From contig JAUWZD010000009.1 of NCBI GenBank assembly GCA_030615505.1, positions 1,563-65,562 of the forward strand: DNA of 64,000 bases, in the 5' to 3' direction. A model generated the notes under the pieces. The model saw only the letters and a list, made by a program, of their open reading frames with translations. It did no database searches and was not told the DNA's origin. The position numbers and the translations under genes are program-made. Of the stretch, positions 30,876-40,374 are shown one piece after another; position 1 is the stretch's first letter; each line of letters opens with the position of its first letter. This stretch comes from Spirochaetales bacterium (GTDB lineage: Bacteria > Spirochaetota > Spirochaetia > SZUA-6 > DRHE01).

Positions 30876-31761
30876 TCAATTCAAAGAAGCGGCATCGAGT
30901 CCAGGAGGCGGCCGACCGATTTTAGCCAAAGGCTTAAGGATTCTCCTTACCCGATCGGACTCGGTGATGACAGCAAAAATCCGCATTTCAGAGTCACAGT
31001 AAGGACATTCCAAAGGGTCCGCCTCGTAGACCTGAGAGATGAGCTTGGCCTACCCTGGCGGGCATCTTCGACAAGTAGACCGGCTGTCATTGTCAGAAAC
31101 AGTTGATTCTTCATAGTAAGGTTGTTCCGACTCAGGAGCCTGCAGATGCTCCGTCTTCCACCCAGTCAGAGCGAGCCGCATCACATGCGGCATTTCAGGC
31201 CCGCCCTGCGGGCCGCCCTGCGGGCACCTTCGGCCTTCGGTTTCCCCTTGGTTCGGGAAGACCATCGCGGTCTTTGACCGCAATGGACTTTAGAATTTCT
31301 TGTTAAAATAACAAGATTTTACGGTATCATAGCATATAGCCCATATCGCCGGATATACTGAGATCCGTGGGGTGGGATATGTCGTGTAAGTTCCAGGAGG
31401 AAACGCGTCACGGAAAAGGTTTCGGTTTTTTCCTTTAAGAAGTCATTGACGGAGGTGTAGGAGATTACCGTGGCCTCGCCGTTCTCTTCGATGCTCATCT
31501 TCTTCAAGGAGATCGGAGGGCGAGCGATGTACTAAGAGAGGGCTTCACGGGCTTTCTCTGAATGTGCCGCAACCCGTACGGAGGAATCGATTGAAAATCC
31601 GGAGTGTCGCCAGTTGATCGGGCTGGTGCTAAGGTGGCACTGATCAGATTCTTCTTGAGGAAAGACTTTATGATCACCCGGCAGAAATACTCCAACATTC
31701 TTTCGATATTCCCGAAGGGGATATAGACAAACCTGCCGGTCTCGTCGGAGCTGACGTGCAT
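30876..31761 (-). mobile_element. IS91-family (Y2 HUH) transposase remnant, fragmented
   Basis: NWRHSGFSIDSSVR; HIPPHGSQYIRRYGLYA; *AKLISQVYEADPLECPYCDSEMRIFAVITE..VRRIL; spread over several frames with small insertions. Confidence 0.8.
31284..31336 (-). repeat. ~53 bp dispersed repeat with hairpin (copy 2)
   Basis: Perfect stem tcttgtta-aaa-taacaaga; matches 567-620; an adjacent second hairpin ccatcgcggtc-ttt-gaccgcaatgg lies at 31262-31286. Confidence 0.8.
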
Positions 31762-31914
31762 GCTTCTTAGTCCGGCTTCCGAGCCGGAGATGCACTAATG
31801 CCGGTGAGCGCATGCTTCTCAGTCCAGTGTCCTCATCCAGCGAGCGCAGTGAGTCGGACGAGGCGTAGCCGAGTCGGAGATGCGCGAAAGCCGGCCGCCT
31901 TCCAACACGAGGCA

Positions 31915-32262
31915 ATGAAAAAGAATATTCCTAAAGAACTCTACAGCGCTTCGAAGATCGATGGAGCAGGATCCTTAACCCAATTTTCGCGTATAACCTT
32001 ACCAATGCTCTCTCCGACGACCTTTTTCGTTATCATAGTAACATTAATAAACTGTTTTTTGGTTTTTGAGCAAACCTATACCATTACAAAAGGCGGGCCA
32101 GCAAATTCCACATTAACGTTTGCACTTCACATCTATAACAACGCTTTCCTATATTTTAAGATGGGCTATGCTTCCGCACTTTCATTCATCTTTTTTCTCT
32201 TACTACTTTCCATAAATCTTTTTCAAACAACTTTTCAGAAGAAATGGGTATTTTATCAATGA
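31915..32262 (+). pseudogene. carbohydrate ABC permease, C-terminal fragment
   Basis: IPKELYSASKIDGA (EAA motif), ITLPMLSP, TKGGPANST, GYASA; N-terminal two-thirds missing. Confidence 0.85.
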
Positions 32263-32431
32263 GCAGAGGTATCTATGATCAAAAGAAAATATTGTAAAAA
32301 AGGGATAATTTTAATGTCTGCGATCTTGATGTGTCTTCTCGACTAAAGCCGAGATCATTATTAGGCCCCTATCGACCCCTGTTAAAGTAGTAGAGAAAGG
32401 CGATTTTCAGGGAATAGAGCAAGATGCGAGG

Positions 32432-33067
32432 CTAGACCACCTTGAGCTTGGTTAGCCCCTCGTACACGAACTGAATGGCCAGACCCGCGAGTATGATTCC
32501 CATGATGCGCTGGATTACGGATACCCCAGTCTGCCTGAGCAGCTTCAGAAAAAATCCGCTTAAAAACATGAAGCCCAGGGCGATCAGCAGAGCGGCAGTA
32601 ACAGCGCCGAAGAGAACCAGGGTGATGAACAGGTTGCTCTATGTTTCGCTGACTTCGCTAGCGAAGAGGAGTATGGTGGTAATGGTTCCCGGACCGGCTA
32701 GGATGGGTATGCCCAGGGGGAAAATAAAGATATCCTCTGCGTCCCGCTCCCGCTCAGATGTCTTGGTCCTCTGCCGGTGCCCCAGTAAGAGATCCAGAGA
32801 GACAATAAAAAGGAGGACACCTCCGGCCACATAAAATGATCCCGGCTTAATACCCAGGAAGGTGAGAATATCCCTGCCTGCCAGAATAAAAAGGGCAAGC
32901 ACAGTGAAAGCGGTCAAGACTGCTTTCAGGATGGTATTGCGCTTCTTATGTGCGTCCATATGACCGGTTAGAGAGAGAAATACCGGGATGAGGCCCAGAG
33001 GGTCGGCCACGATAAAAATGGTGAGAAAGATAGTAAGAATTTCTCGGGTTGCAGTAATTGTTGCCAT
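32432..33067 (-). pseudogene. marC: MarC-family membrane protein with a single in-frame TAG
   Basis: DPLGLIPVF, FPLGIPILAGPGTITT; after TAG at 32639-32641 the frame continues ...RIMGIILAGLAIQFV to the stop at 32432. Confidence 0.85.
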
Positions 33068-33862
33068 TTACAGTCTACGCAGATTAAGTCCGCCATCGAT
33101 ATGGATGATTGAGCCTGTGGCAAAGGGCAGGTCACCCCGTACGGCCGCTGTCACTGCTCTGCCCACATCGTCCGGAGTTCCCCATCTTTTCTCAGGTATT
33201 AGACCTTCTGAGATAAATTTTTCATATTTGTCCCTGACAGAATGAGTCATATCCGTCTTCATTATGCCCGGACGGAATTCAAATACCTGGATGCCGCTCT
33301 CCGCCAGCCGTACAGACCAGAGCTGAGAAGCCATGGACAAGCCCGCCTTGGATATACAGTAGTCTCCCCGATTGATGGAAGCGGTATTGGCCGATACAGA
33401 GGTCACAAAAATTATCTTGAAACCATTCTGGAGAACAGGTTTAACGGCGGTATTCAGCCAGTAGTTGGCAACCGACTGGGTTAGAAAATAGGGTCCCTGA
33501 AGATTGGTGCGTATAAGTTCCTCAAAGGATTCCTCCGTAGCCTCGGTAATATCGGCTCTCACCCTGGGGGCTATTCCCGCGTTATTTATCAATACATCGA
33601 TGCGCCCAAGCTGCTTGAGGGTCGATTCTACCAGATTCACCCTTTCTTCCCTATTGCTGATATCGGCTTTGATTGTAATAAATTGCTGACCGTCATCCAC
33701 TTGCGCCGCTTTACAACTCTTCAGAGTTTCTTCAGCTGCCTGAGCATTGGAGGCGTAGTTAATAACAACAGAATATCCATGCCCGGCAAGATGGAGGGCA
33801 ATTCCCCTGCCCAGTCCCCGGCTGGCCCCTGTAACAAGGGTTACTGCATTTGCTTCTGACAT
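33068..33862 (-). CDS. short-chain dehydrogenase/reductase
   Basis: TGASRGLG, NNAG, YCISK, PG...TDM, IDGG. Confidence 0.92.
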   Translation of the reverse strand: MSEANAVTLVTGASRGLGRGIALHLAGHGYSVVINYASNAQAAEETLKSCKAAQVDDGQQFITIKADISNREERVNLVESTLKQLGRIDVLINNAGIAPRVRADITEATEESFEELIRTNLQGPYFLTQSVANYWLNTAVKPVLQNGFKIIFVTSVSANTASINRGDYCISKAGLSMASQLWSVRLAESGIQVFEFRPGIMKTDMTHSVRDKYEKFISEGLIPEKRWGTPDDVGRAVTAAVRGDLPFATGSIIHIDGGLNLRRL

Positions 33863-33939
33863 ATACAGGAGGGTAAACTCTTTCATAGAATAAGACAAGG
33901 CATCTTATCGCCGGAAGTATTTGCCAATCGATGCAGCTA

Positions 33940-34314
33940 TCCTGGATATAGAAGGAAATGATCAGCTGTGGTAAACTTCTGAGCAATTACCTTGCTCGCT
34001 TTTATGGTTTGTGCGTCATCAACAGCCAGTTGGAGTTTAAGATTTTTAGCCCGTCATACAGCTTCAGCCTCACCCCTACCGATTTTAAAATCATCCTTAA
34101 GCTTCTTAACGGCCTTATCATACTCAATTTCCCGAACTTCAATTCTTTTCTCCTCAATAAGGCGTGCAATCAGGAGGGCATCAACACTATCTTTAATCAG
34201 GCATTCCTTTTTCACGCTCTCTGGAATAATAACCGTTGTGGTGTTTGTGATCTCTCTCAATAAATTCACTTTAGCCAGCAGAATCAGTGTTGAAACATCA
34301 AATACCGCCTTCAC
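33940..34314 (-). pseudogene. PIN-domain (VapC/DUF3368-like) toxin, interrupted
   Basis: VFDVSTLI, P.SV..E, GRGEAEA*; reading continues ..LAVDD after the TGA at 34054-34056; no antitoxin seen; 3' limit approximate. Confidence 0.7.
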
Positions 34315-34511
34315 GTTTACAAAATAATAAAAGAGACTTCCAGCTTCGCCAACCTGATAAAGGCTTCGATGGAGAAAAAGAGCAGAGAGTTCTGCTCAGT
34401 TTTTCAAAAAGCTTTACATGGAGTCTTAATAGCTATTACAGATCTAGGTCCTTTAGGCTAACATGCTACTTTTTTTATTGACTTTTTGAACATATGGAAT
34501 AGTATTCGCAT

Positions 34512-35900
34512 ATGATCAAAACTATGAGTTTAAAACCCAGTGATCTGCTGGTTAAAATCAAGCGGCTCTTTGAATACTCCGGCAAAAAGATACTGGAAAT
34601 TCAGGAATCATGTCCTCCTGGATCCGCCGCCCCCGTCTACACGGTACGGGGGAAATACACCTCCAGGGGCTGGACCGAGTGGACCCAGGGCTTTCAATAC
34701 GGATCGGCCATTCTGCAGTATGAGGCCTCCGGGGATGAGACTTTTTTGGAGATTGGACGAAGCAGCACGGTTACCCATATGGCAAATCATCTCAGCCATA
34801 TGGGCGTACATGATCATGGCTTTAACAATATCAGTACCTATGGCAATCTGCTGCGGCTGATGAGGGAGGGAACGATCCCCGCCGACGAATGGGAAGCCAG
34901 ATTCTATGAGCTGGCCCTTAAAGTTTCAGGCGCGGTGCAGGCAGCCCGCTGGACCGGGCTTCCGGGCAATCTGGGTTATATATACTCCTTCAACGGCCCA
35001 CACTCCCTGTTTGTGGATACTATAAGGACCCTTCGAGTGCTGGCTGTGGCCCACCAGTTAGGACATACTCTCATGGGTGAGCAGGATCGGCGCATTTCAC
35101 TGCTTGAGAGACTGCTCCAGCATGCCGAAACCACCGCCCGCTATAATATTTACTTCGGTGAGGGCCGGGACGCCTATGATATCCGGGGTAGAACCGTTCA
35201 TGAGGTTGTATTTAATATTACCAATGGCTCCTACCGCTGCCCCAGCACCCAGCAAGGATTTTCTCCCTTTTCAACCTGGACCCGGGGCCTGGCCTGGGCA
35301 TTATGCGGCTTTGCTGAACAGATAGAGTTCATAGACAACCTGTCTGAGGATGCCTTTGCCGGTCTGAAGGCCGGGAATCTCGAAGGTAAAGAGGCTCTGG
35401 TTGCGCGGATGGCCGAGACCTGTGAGGCGGTAGGGGATTTCTATATTGAGCACTCCCCCACAGACGGGATTCCCTACTGGGATACAGGAGCGCCGGGATT
35501 GGCTAACCTGGGTGATTATCTGGAAAAAGATGCAGATCCCTTTAATGATTTTGAACCGGTTGACAGCTCCGCCTCAGCTATTGCTGCCCAGGGACTGCTC
35601 AGGCTGGGCCACTTCCTGGGACAAGTGGGAAAAGAGGAGCACGGAGAGCGCTATTTTCAATCAGGGCTCAGGATAGCGGATACTCTCTTTGAGGAACCCT
35701 ATCTGGCCACGGCTCCGAATCATCAGGGTTTGATCCTGCACTCAGTCTATCACCGTCCCAAGGGCTGGGATTATATACCGGAGGGGAGGAAGATCCCTGC
35801 TGGTGAAGCCACCATGTGGGGCGATTATCATGCCCGGGAGATGGCCCTGTACCTCAAGCGCCTGGCTGAGGATAAACCCTACTATACATTTTGGAGGTAA
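34512..35900 (+). CDS. GH88-like (alpha/alpha)6 unsaturated-uronyl hydrolase family protein
   Basis: WTQGF..G, HDHGF, VDT, STWTRGLAW...GF, PYWD, DSSASAIAA, WGDY. Confidence 0.8.
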   Translation: MIKTMSLKPSDLLVKIKRLFEYSGKKILEIQESCPPGSAAPVYTVRGKYTSRGWTEWTQGFQYGSAILQYEASGDETFLEIGRSSTVTHMANHLSHMGVHDHGFNNISTYGNLLRLMREGTIPADEWEARFYELALKVSGAVQAARWTGLPGNLGYIYSFNGPHSLFVDTIRTLRVLAVAHQLGHTLMGEQDRRISLLERLLQHAETTARYNIYFGEGRDAYDIRGRTVHEVVFNITNGSYRCPSTQQGFSPFSTWTRGLAWALCGFAEQIEFIDNLSEDAFAGLKAGNLEGKEALVARMAETCEAVGDFYIEHSPTDGIPYWDTGAPGLANLGDYLEKDADPFNDFEPVDSSASAIAAQGLLRLGHFLGQVGKEEHGERYFQSGLRIADTLFEEPYLATAPNHQGLILHSVYHRPKGWDYIPEGRKIPAGEATMWGDYHAREMALYLKRLAEDKPYYTFWR

Positions 35901-35904
35901 AAAT

Positions 35905-36738
35905 ATGGGCGCCGGGCCAATATGGGACTATTCAAAGCTATGCATCCATACCATAACTACCAAGCCCTGGTCCCTGGATGAAGCGATTTCACACTATACC
36001 CGGGCCGGAGTTTCAGGGATTACGGTCTGGCGAAATGCCTTAGAAGGCATGGATCCGCAAAGCGCAGGACGGCGCATTCGGGAGGCTGGCCTTGAGATCG
36101 TTTCCCTCTGCCGGGGCGGATTCTTTCCGGCTGCCGATTCTGAAGGAAGGCAAAAAGCGATTGAAGAGAACTTAAGGATTATTGATGAGGCGGCCTCCCT
36201 TGGGGCTCCCCTCATTGTTTTAGTCTGTGGAGCGGTACCGGGTCAGCCTCTAAATGAGTCACGGAAAAAGATCCGGGATGGAATTGCAGCCATTCAGCCC
36301 TATGCTGAAGAGAGGGATATCAGGCTGGCTATAGAACCTTTGCATCCCATGTATGCGGATGATCGTTCTGCCATCAATACCCTGAAACAGGCCAATGATA
36401 TGGCCGAGGATCTCAATACAGAAACGGTCGGAGTTGCGGTGGATGTATACCATCTCTGGTGGGATCAGGAACTGGAGGCAGAGATCAGGCGCAGCGGCAG
36501 AGCGGGTAATCTCTTTGCCTTCCATATCTGTGACTGGAGAACCCCTACAGAGGATCTGCTTAATGACCGGGGACTGATGGGGGAGGGCTGCATCCCCATT
36601 CGCAATATCCGCGGCTGGATGGAAGAGGGCGGTTTTGATGGTTTTAATGAAGTAGAGATTTTTTCAAACCGGCGATGGGCCCAGGACCAGGAAAAATACT
36701 TAGAAGAAATCTGCCGGGCCTATCTTCAGGCTTCATGA
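35905..36738 (+). CDS. sugar-phosphate isomerase/epimerase (IolE/xylose-isomerase-like TIM barrel)
   Basis: AIEPLHP, DVYH, FHICD, DR..MGEG, EVEIF; start moved to ATG 35905. Confidence 0.9.
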   Translation: MGAGPIWDYSKLCIHTITTKPWSLDEAISHYTRAGVSGITVWRNALEGMDPQSAGRRIREAGLEIVSLCRGGFFPAADSEGRQKAIEENLRIIDEAASLGAPLIVLVCGAVPGQPLNESRKKIRDGIAAIQPYAEERDIRLAIEPLHPMYADDRSAINTLKQANDMAEDLNTETVGVAVDVYHLWWDQELEAEIRRSGRAGNLFAFHICDWRTPTEDLLNDRGLMGEGCIPIRNIRGWMEEGGFDGFNEVEIFSNRRWAQDQEKYLEEICRAYLQAS

Positions 36739-36763
36739 ATACACATTATAGAAAGGATCTATC

Positions 36764-37912
36764 ATGAAAGAGCATAAAATCGGTGTCATTATGAACGGAG
36801 TTACAGGACGGATGGGCACCAATCAGCATCTCGTCCGCTCCATTCTGGCCATTCGCCGGCAGGGAGGTGTTCAGTTGGGACCCGGTGAGGTGATCATGCC
36901 GGATCCTGTTTTAGTCGGGCGGAATGAGGAGAAACTAAAGAACCTGGCCGCTGCCCATGGTTTAAAACGGTTTTCTACTGATCTGGACGCCTGTCTGTCC
37001 GATTCTTACAATCGGATCTACTTCGACGCCCAGAGAACGGACATACGCCCGGCCAGTGTGCTCAAAGCCATTCAGGCGGGCAAGGCCATTTACTGCGAGA
37101 AACCTCCTGCAACAAACACGGAGGAGGCGCTGAAACTATATCGAGCCGCTAAAAAAGCAGGGCTTAAGAATGGGGTTGTGCAGGATAAACTCTGGCTTCC
37201 CGGGCTTTTAAAATTAAAATACCTGATCGACACCGGATTTTTCGGTGAGCTGCTTTCAGTACACTGTGAGTTTGGCTACTGGGTCTTTGACGGCTTTGAT
37301 CAGCCCTGCCAGCGGCCCTCCTGGAACTACCGGAAGGAGGACGGGGGAGGAATACTTCTGGATATGCTGTGTCACTGGCGCTATGTGATTGATAATCTCT
37401 TTGGCCGGGTAAAATCAGTTTCCTGTTTCGCCGCCACACATATTAAAAAGAGGGCCGATGAACAGGGTAAGGAATACTCCTGTACAGCGGAAGATGCGGC
37501 CTACACCACCTTTCTCTGTGATAACGGTGTGGTCTGTCACTTTAATTCCTCATGGGTGGTAAGGGTACGGCGGGATGATCTGGTCGTATTCCAGGTGGAC
37601 GGTACCAGGGGCAGTGCTGTAGCGGGGTTACGAGAATGCCGGGTTCAGTCTGATGCCGCTACTCCCCGTCCGGTATGGAATCCTGATATTGAGAATCCCA
37701 TCGATCTATACGCCGGCTGGCAGGCGGTCCCTGACAACCGGGAATACGATAATGCCTTTAAAGTACAGTGGGAGCTCTTTTTAAAGCATGTGGTTAACGA
37801 TGAGCCCTTCCCCTGGTCTCTTCTGGAGGGAGCCAAAGGGGTGCAGTTGGCGGAGAAGGGCTATGAATCCTGGAAGACCCGGCGCTGGGTGGATCTGGAA
37901 CCAATTTCCTGA
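36764..37912 (+). CDS. Gfo/Idh/MocA oxidoreductase
   Basis: GVTGRMG, GKAIYCEKP, GGGILLDMLCH. Confidence 0.92.
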   Translation: MKEHKIGVIMNGVTGRMGTNQHLVRSILAIRRQGGVQLGPGEVIMPDPVLVGRNEEKLKNLAAAHGLKRFSTDLDACLSDSYNRIYFDAQRTDIRPASVLKAIQAGKAIYCEKPPATNTEEALKLYRAAKKAGLKNGVVQDKLWLPGLLKLKYLIDTGFFGELLSVHCEFGYWVFDGFDQPCQRPSWNYRKEDGGGILLDMLCHWRYVIDNLFGRVKSVSCFAATHIKKRADEQGKEYSCTAEDAAYTTFLCDNGVVCHFNSSWVVRVRRDDLVVFQVDGTRGSAVAGLRECRVQSDAATPRPVWNPDIENPIDLYAGWQAVPDNREYDNAFKVQWELFLKHVVNDEPFPWSLLEGAKGVQLAEKGYESWKTRRWVDLEPIS

Positions 37913-37923
37913 AGGAGGACAGC

Positions 37924-38625
37924 ATGAAAGGACCTGAGAGCACGAGTTTTGAGATTGAGGAAGAAGGGTGTGACCTGGCTGTTTTAGGGGTGGGGTCGTT
38001 TGAACAGCATTCATATCATCTTCCCCTGGAAACCGACTTCTTTTTTGCCGGCAAGGTGAGCAGTGAAGTGGCTGGAAGTCTCGATGCCCTCTTTCTCAAC
38101 CCCCTCCCATATTCCAGCTCTTTGGAGCATAAGGGTTTCGCCGGTACGATCACCCTGAAACCAGATACATTAAAGCGCATAATATGGGATATAGCAGAGT
38201 CCGTTTCCGCCTGGGGCATTAAATATCTGGCTTTGATAAATGCTCACGGTGGAAATTTCATCCTTAACCCCACAGCCAGGGAGTGGAATATGGGAAACAG
38301 ACTGCCCCGGATTATGCTCATCGATTTTTATAATGGTATTTCAGGCATGCGCCCAAACCTCCATGCAGGGGAAGTGGAAACCTCTTTGATGCTTTACCTG
38401 GCTCCGGAGAAGGTGAGGGCCAATAAGCCGCGTGATTTTGTTCCGGACTGGGGCAGGGAGGATCTGACTCATTTCGGTATGAAAAAGATAAGCCCTGAGG
38501 GGGTCTGGGGATTTCCGAGCAGGGCTACAAGAGAAAAGGGAGAGAAGTGGTTTAAAGAGGCCGCACATTACTGCATTGATCGGATCAGGGCCCTGAAGAG
38601 CTTTTTTGATGAAGGGGATGCATGA
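37924..38625 (+). CDS. creatininase-family amidohydrolase
   Basis: GSFEQHSYHLPLETD, H.GFAGT, NAHGGN, HAGEVETS, GVWG. Confidence 0.9.
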   Translation: MKGPESTSFEIEEEGCDLAVLGVGSFEQHSYHLPLETDFFFAGKVSSEVAGSLDALFLNPLPYSSSLEHKGFAGTITLKPDTLKRIIWDIAESVSAWGIKYLALINAHGGNFILNPTAREWNMGNRLPRIMLIDFYNGISGMRPNLHAGEVETSLMLYLAPEKVRANKPRDFVPDWGREDLTHFGMKKISPEGVWGFPSRATREKGEKWFKEAAHYCIDRIRALKSFFDEGDA

Positions 38626-38649
38626 GGGGGGCGATATAAATTTTTAAAT

Positions 38650-38677
38650 TTGACATTGCATTTATTGAGGTATATAC
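38650..38677 (+). promoter_or_regulatory. sigma70-like promoter upstream of tctC
   Basis: TTGACA-N17-TATACT. Confidence 0.55.
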
Positions 38678-38704
38678 TTTTTTTGTATTAGAAACTAAAG
38701 GAGG

Positions 38705-39727
38705 ATGAACATGGAAAAAAAGTTTACAGTACTGTTAATACTTCTCTTCGCTGCCTCTTTACTATTTGCAGGAGGCGCAAAAGAAGAGAAGGGAATGTGG
38801 CAGCCCACAAAACACATTACAGTGATTGTGCCCTGGGGTGCAGGCGGATCAACCGACCAGGTTACCAGGGTTGTGGCTGGAGAGCTTGAGGACGGTCTGG
38901 GCCAGAAGATTGTGATTGTCAATCAGGGAGGGGCCTCGGGTTCTGTCGGAACAAAGGGCTGCCTGGATGCCCCGCACGACGGCTATACCTGGACTGCGGG
39001 CGCTGCTGCAGACCTGGGCGCCTACAAGGTGCGCGGCCTGCTGGAAACAACCCTGGATGATTGGGTCTTATACCTGAACGTGGCTAATGTTTCTGTAATA
39101 TCCGTTCACCCGGATACGCCCTATCAGGACTTCGGCGATCTTTTAGATGCATTCAAGGCCAAGCCCGGTCAGATACCTGTAGCCACTGCAGGGCAGCTCT
39201 CTGCAGGGCATAACGCTATGGTGGCTATTCAAAAGTACACCGGGATAAAATTCAAGCACATGACCTATGACGGTGGAAACCCGGCCGTTGTTGCTACTGT
39301 AGCCGGTGAGTGTGAAGTGGTTCCCCAACTGGCCGTCGAAGAGGCGGATATGCTTGCAGGTGGAAAGCTGAGAGCCCTTGCTGTTCTGGACGATAAGCCC
39401 CTTGAGCTTAAAGGCTACGGCACCATCCCTCCAGTTACCAAGTGGATTCCTGATTTTAAGCCCGCACCGAACTATTTCGGGATCTGGGTTCCCAAGGATG
39501 TCCCAAAAGAAGTTATAGACACCTTCGGAAAGCTGTGGGATGACGTGATTAAGACCTCCCAGAAACTCAAAGATTACGCTGCTGAGCGGGGAGCTGTCAT
39601 GGATCCTGCCTGGGGGGAAGAAGCTAAGAAAAAGGCTATGCCTTATCTTCAGATTATCGCCTGGAATCTTCACGAAGCCGGAAAGACAGTCATATCGCCT
39701 GAAGAAATAGGCATTCCCAAGCCGTAA
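38705..39727 (+). CDS. tctC: TTT substrate-binding protein
   Basis: P.K.I..IVPWGAGGSTD, N.GGASG, DGYT, Y.GG. Confidence 0.92.
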   Translation: MNMEKKFTVLLILLFAASLLFAGGAKEEKGMWQPTKHITVIVPWGAGGSTDQVTRVVAGELEDGLGQKIVIVNQGGASGSVGTKGCLDAPHDGYTWTAGAAADLGAYKVRGLLETTLDDWVLYLNVANVSVISVHPDTPYQDFGDLLDAFKAKPGQIPVATAGQLSAGHNAMVAIQKYTGIKFKHMTYDGGNPAVVATVAGECEVVPQLAVEEADMLAGGKLRALAVLDDKPLELKGYGTIPPVTKWIPDFKPAPNYFGIWVPKDVPKEVIDTFGKLWDDVIKTSQKLKDYAAERGAVMDPAWGEEAKKKAMPYLQIIAWNLHEAGKTVISPEEIGIPKP

Positions 39728-39749
39728 CGATTTCGTTTTATAAACCAAT

Positions 39750-39788
39750 GCAGGGCATTTTTTTATTTGAAAATGTCCTGCTCTTTTT
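39750..39788 (+). terminator. intercistronic Rho-independent terminator or stabilising hairpin after tctC
   Basis: gcagggcatttt...aaaatgtcctgc followed by a T-rich tract. Confidence 0.7.
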
Positions 39789-39827
39789 AATCTATAATTT
39801 ATTAGGGCAGATCAGGGAGTATTATCG

Positions 39828-40346
39828 ATGAAAGAGAGTAATATGCCCAGGGCGGATTTTGTAACCTCCATGATTCTTATTGCTTTTGGGATTTCGGTGC
39901 TGGTTCTTTCTCTTCAGATGCCAAGATTCGAGGAACATGACGTAAATCCTTATTCCGTGCCGGGAATTGTCCCCGGTTTTTTGGGAGCTGTTATTGCCTT
40001 TCTGGGAGTAGTTCTGTTGATCCGATCAATACTGCAGAAGGGGTATCGATTAGGCATTAGCGGCGGGACAGTTAAGGATTTCTTTAGCTCCGAGGTGACT
40101 AAGCGATTTGCTCTTACCATAGCCATCAGTGTCATCTATGCCCTGGTCCTTCTGGGCCGGATTTCCTATCCGATCGCCACGGGAGTGTATATCTTTGCCT
40201 TTATTTTCATTTTTGAGTACGAATGGAAGAAGAGTTTTTCAGACCAGTTGAAGAAAGTTCTGATGGCCCTGGTAATATCAGTTATCTTCTCTGCGGCCGT
40301 TACCGGCGTTTTTCGCTATCTTTTTTTAGTTAACCTTCCGGGTTAA
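39828..40346 (+). CDS. tctB: TTT small membrane subunit
   Basis: 4 TM helices, PGIVP, terminal F.Y.F.V.LP. Confidence 0.88.
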   Translation: MKESNMPRADFVTSMILIAFGISVLVLSLQMPRFEEHDVNPYSVPGIVPGFLGAVIAFLGVVLLIRSILQKGYRLGISGGTVKDFFSSEVTKRFALTIAISVIYALVLLGRISYPIATGVYIFAFIFIFEYEWKKSFSDQLKKVLMALVISVIFSAAVTGVFRYLFLVNLPG

Positions 40347-40374
40347 CTAATCAGGGTTATGTGGAGGATGGAAC

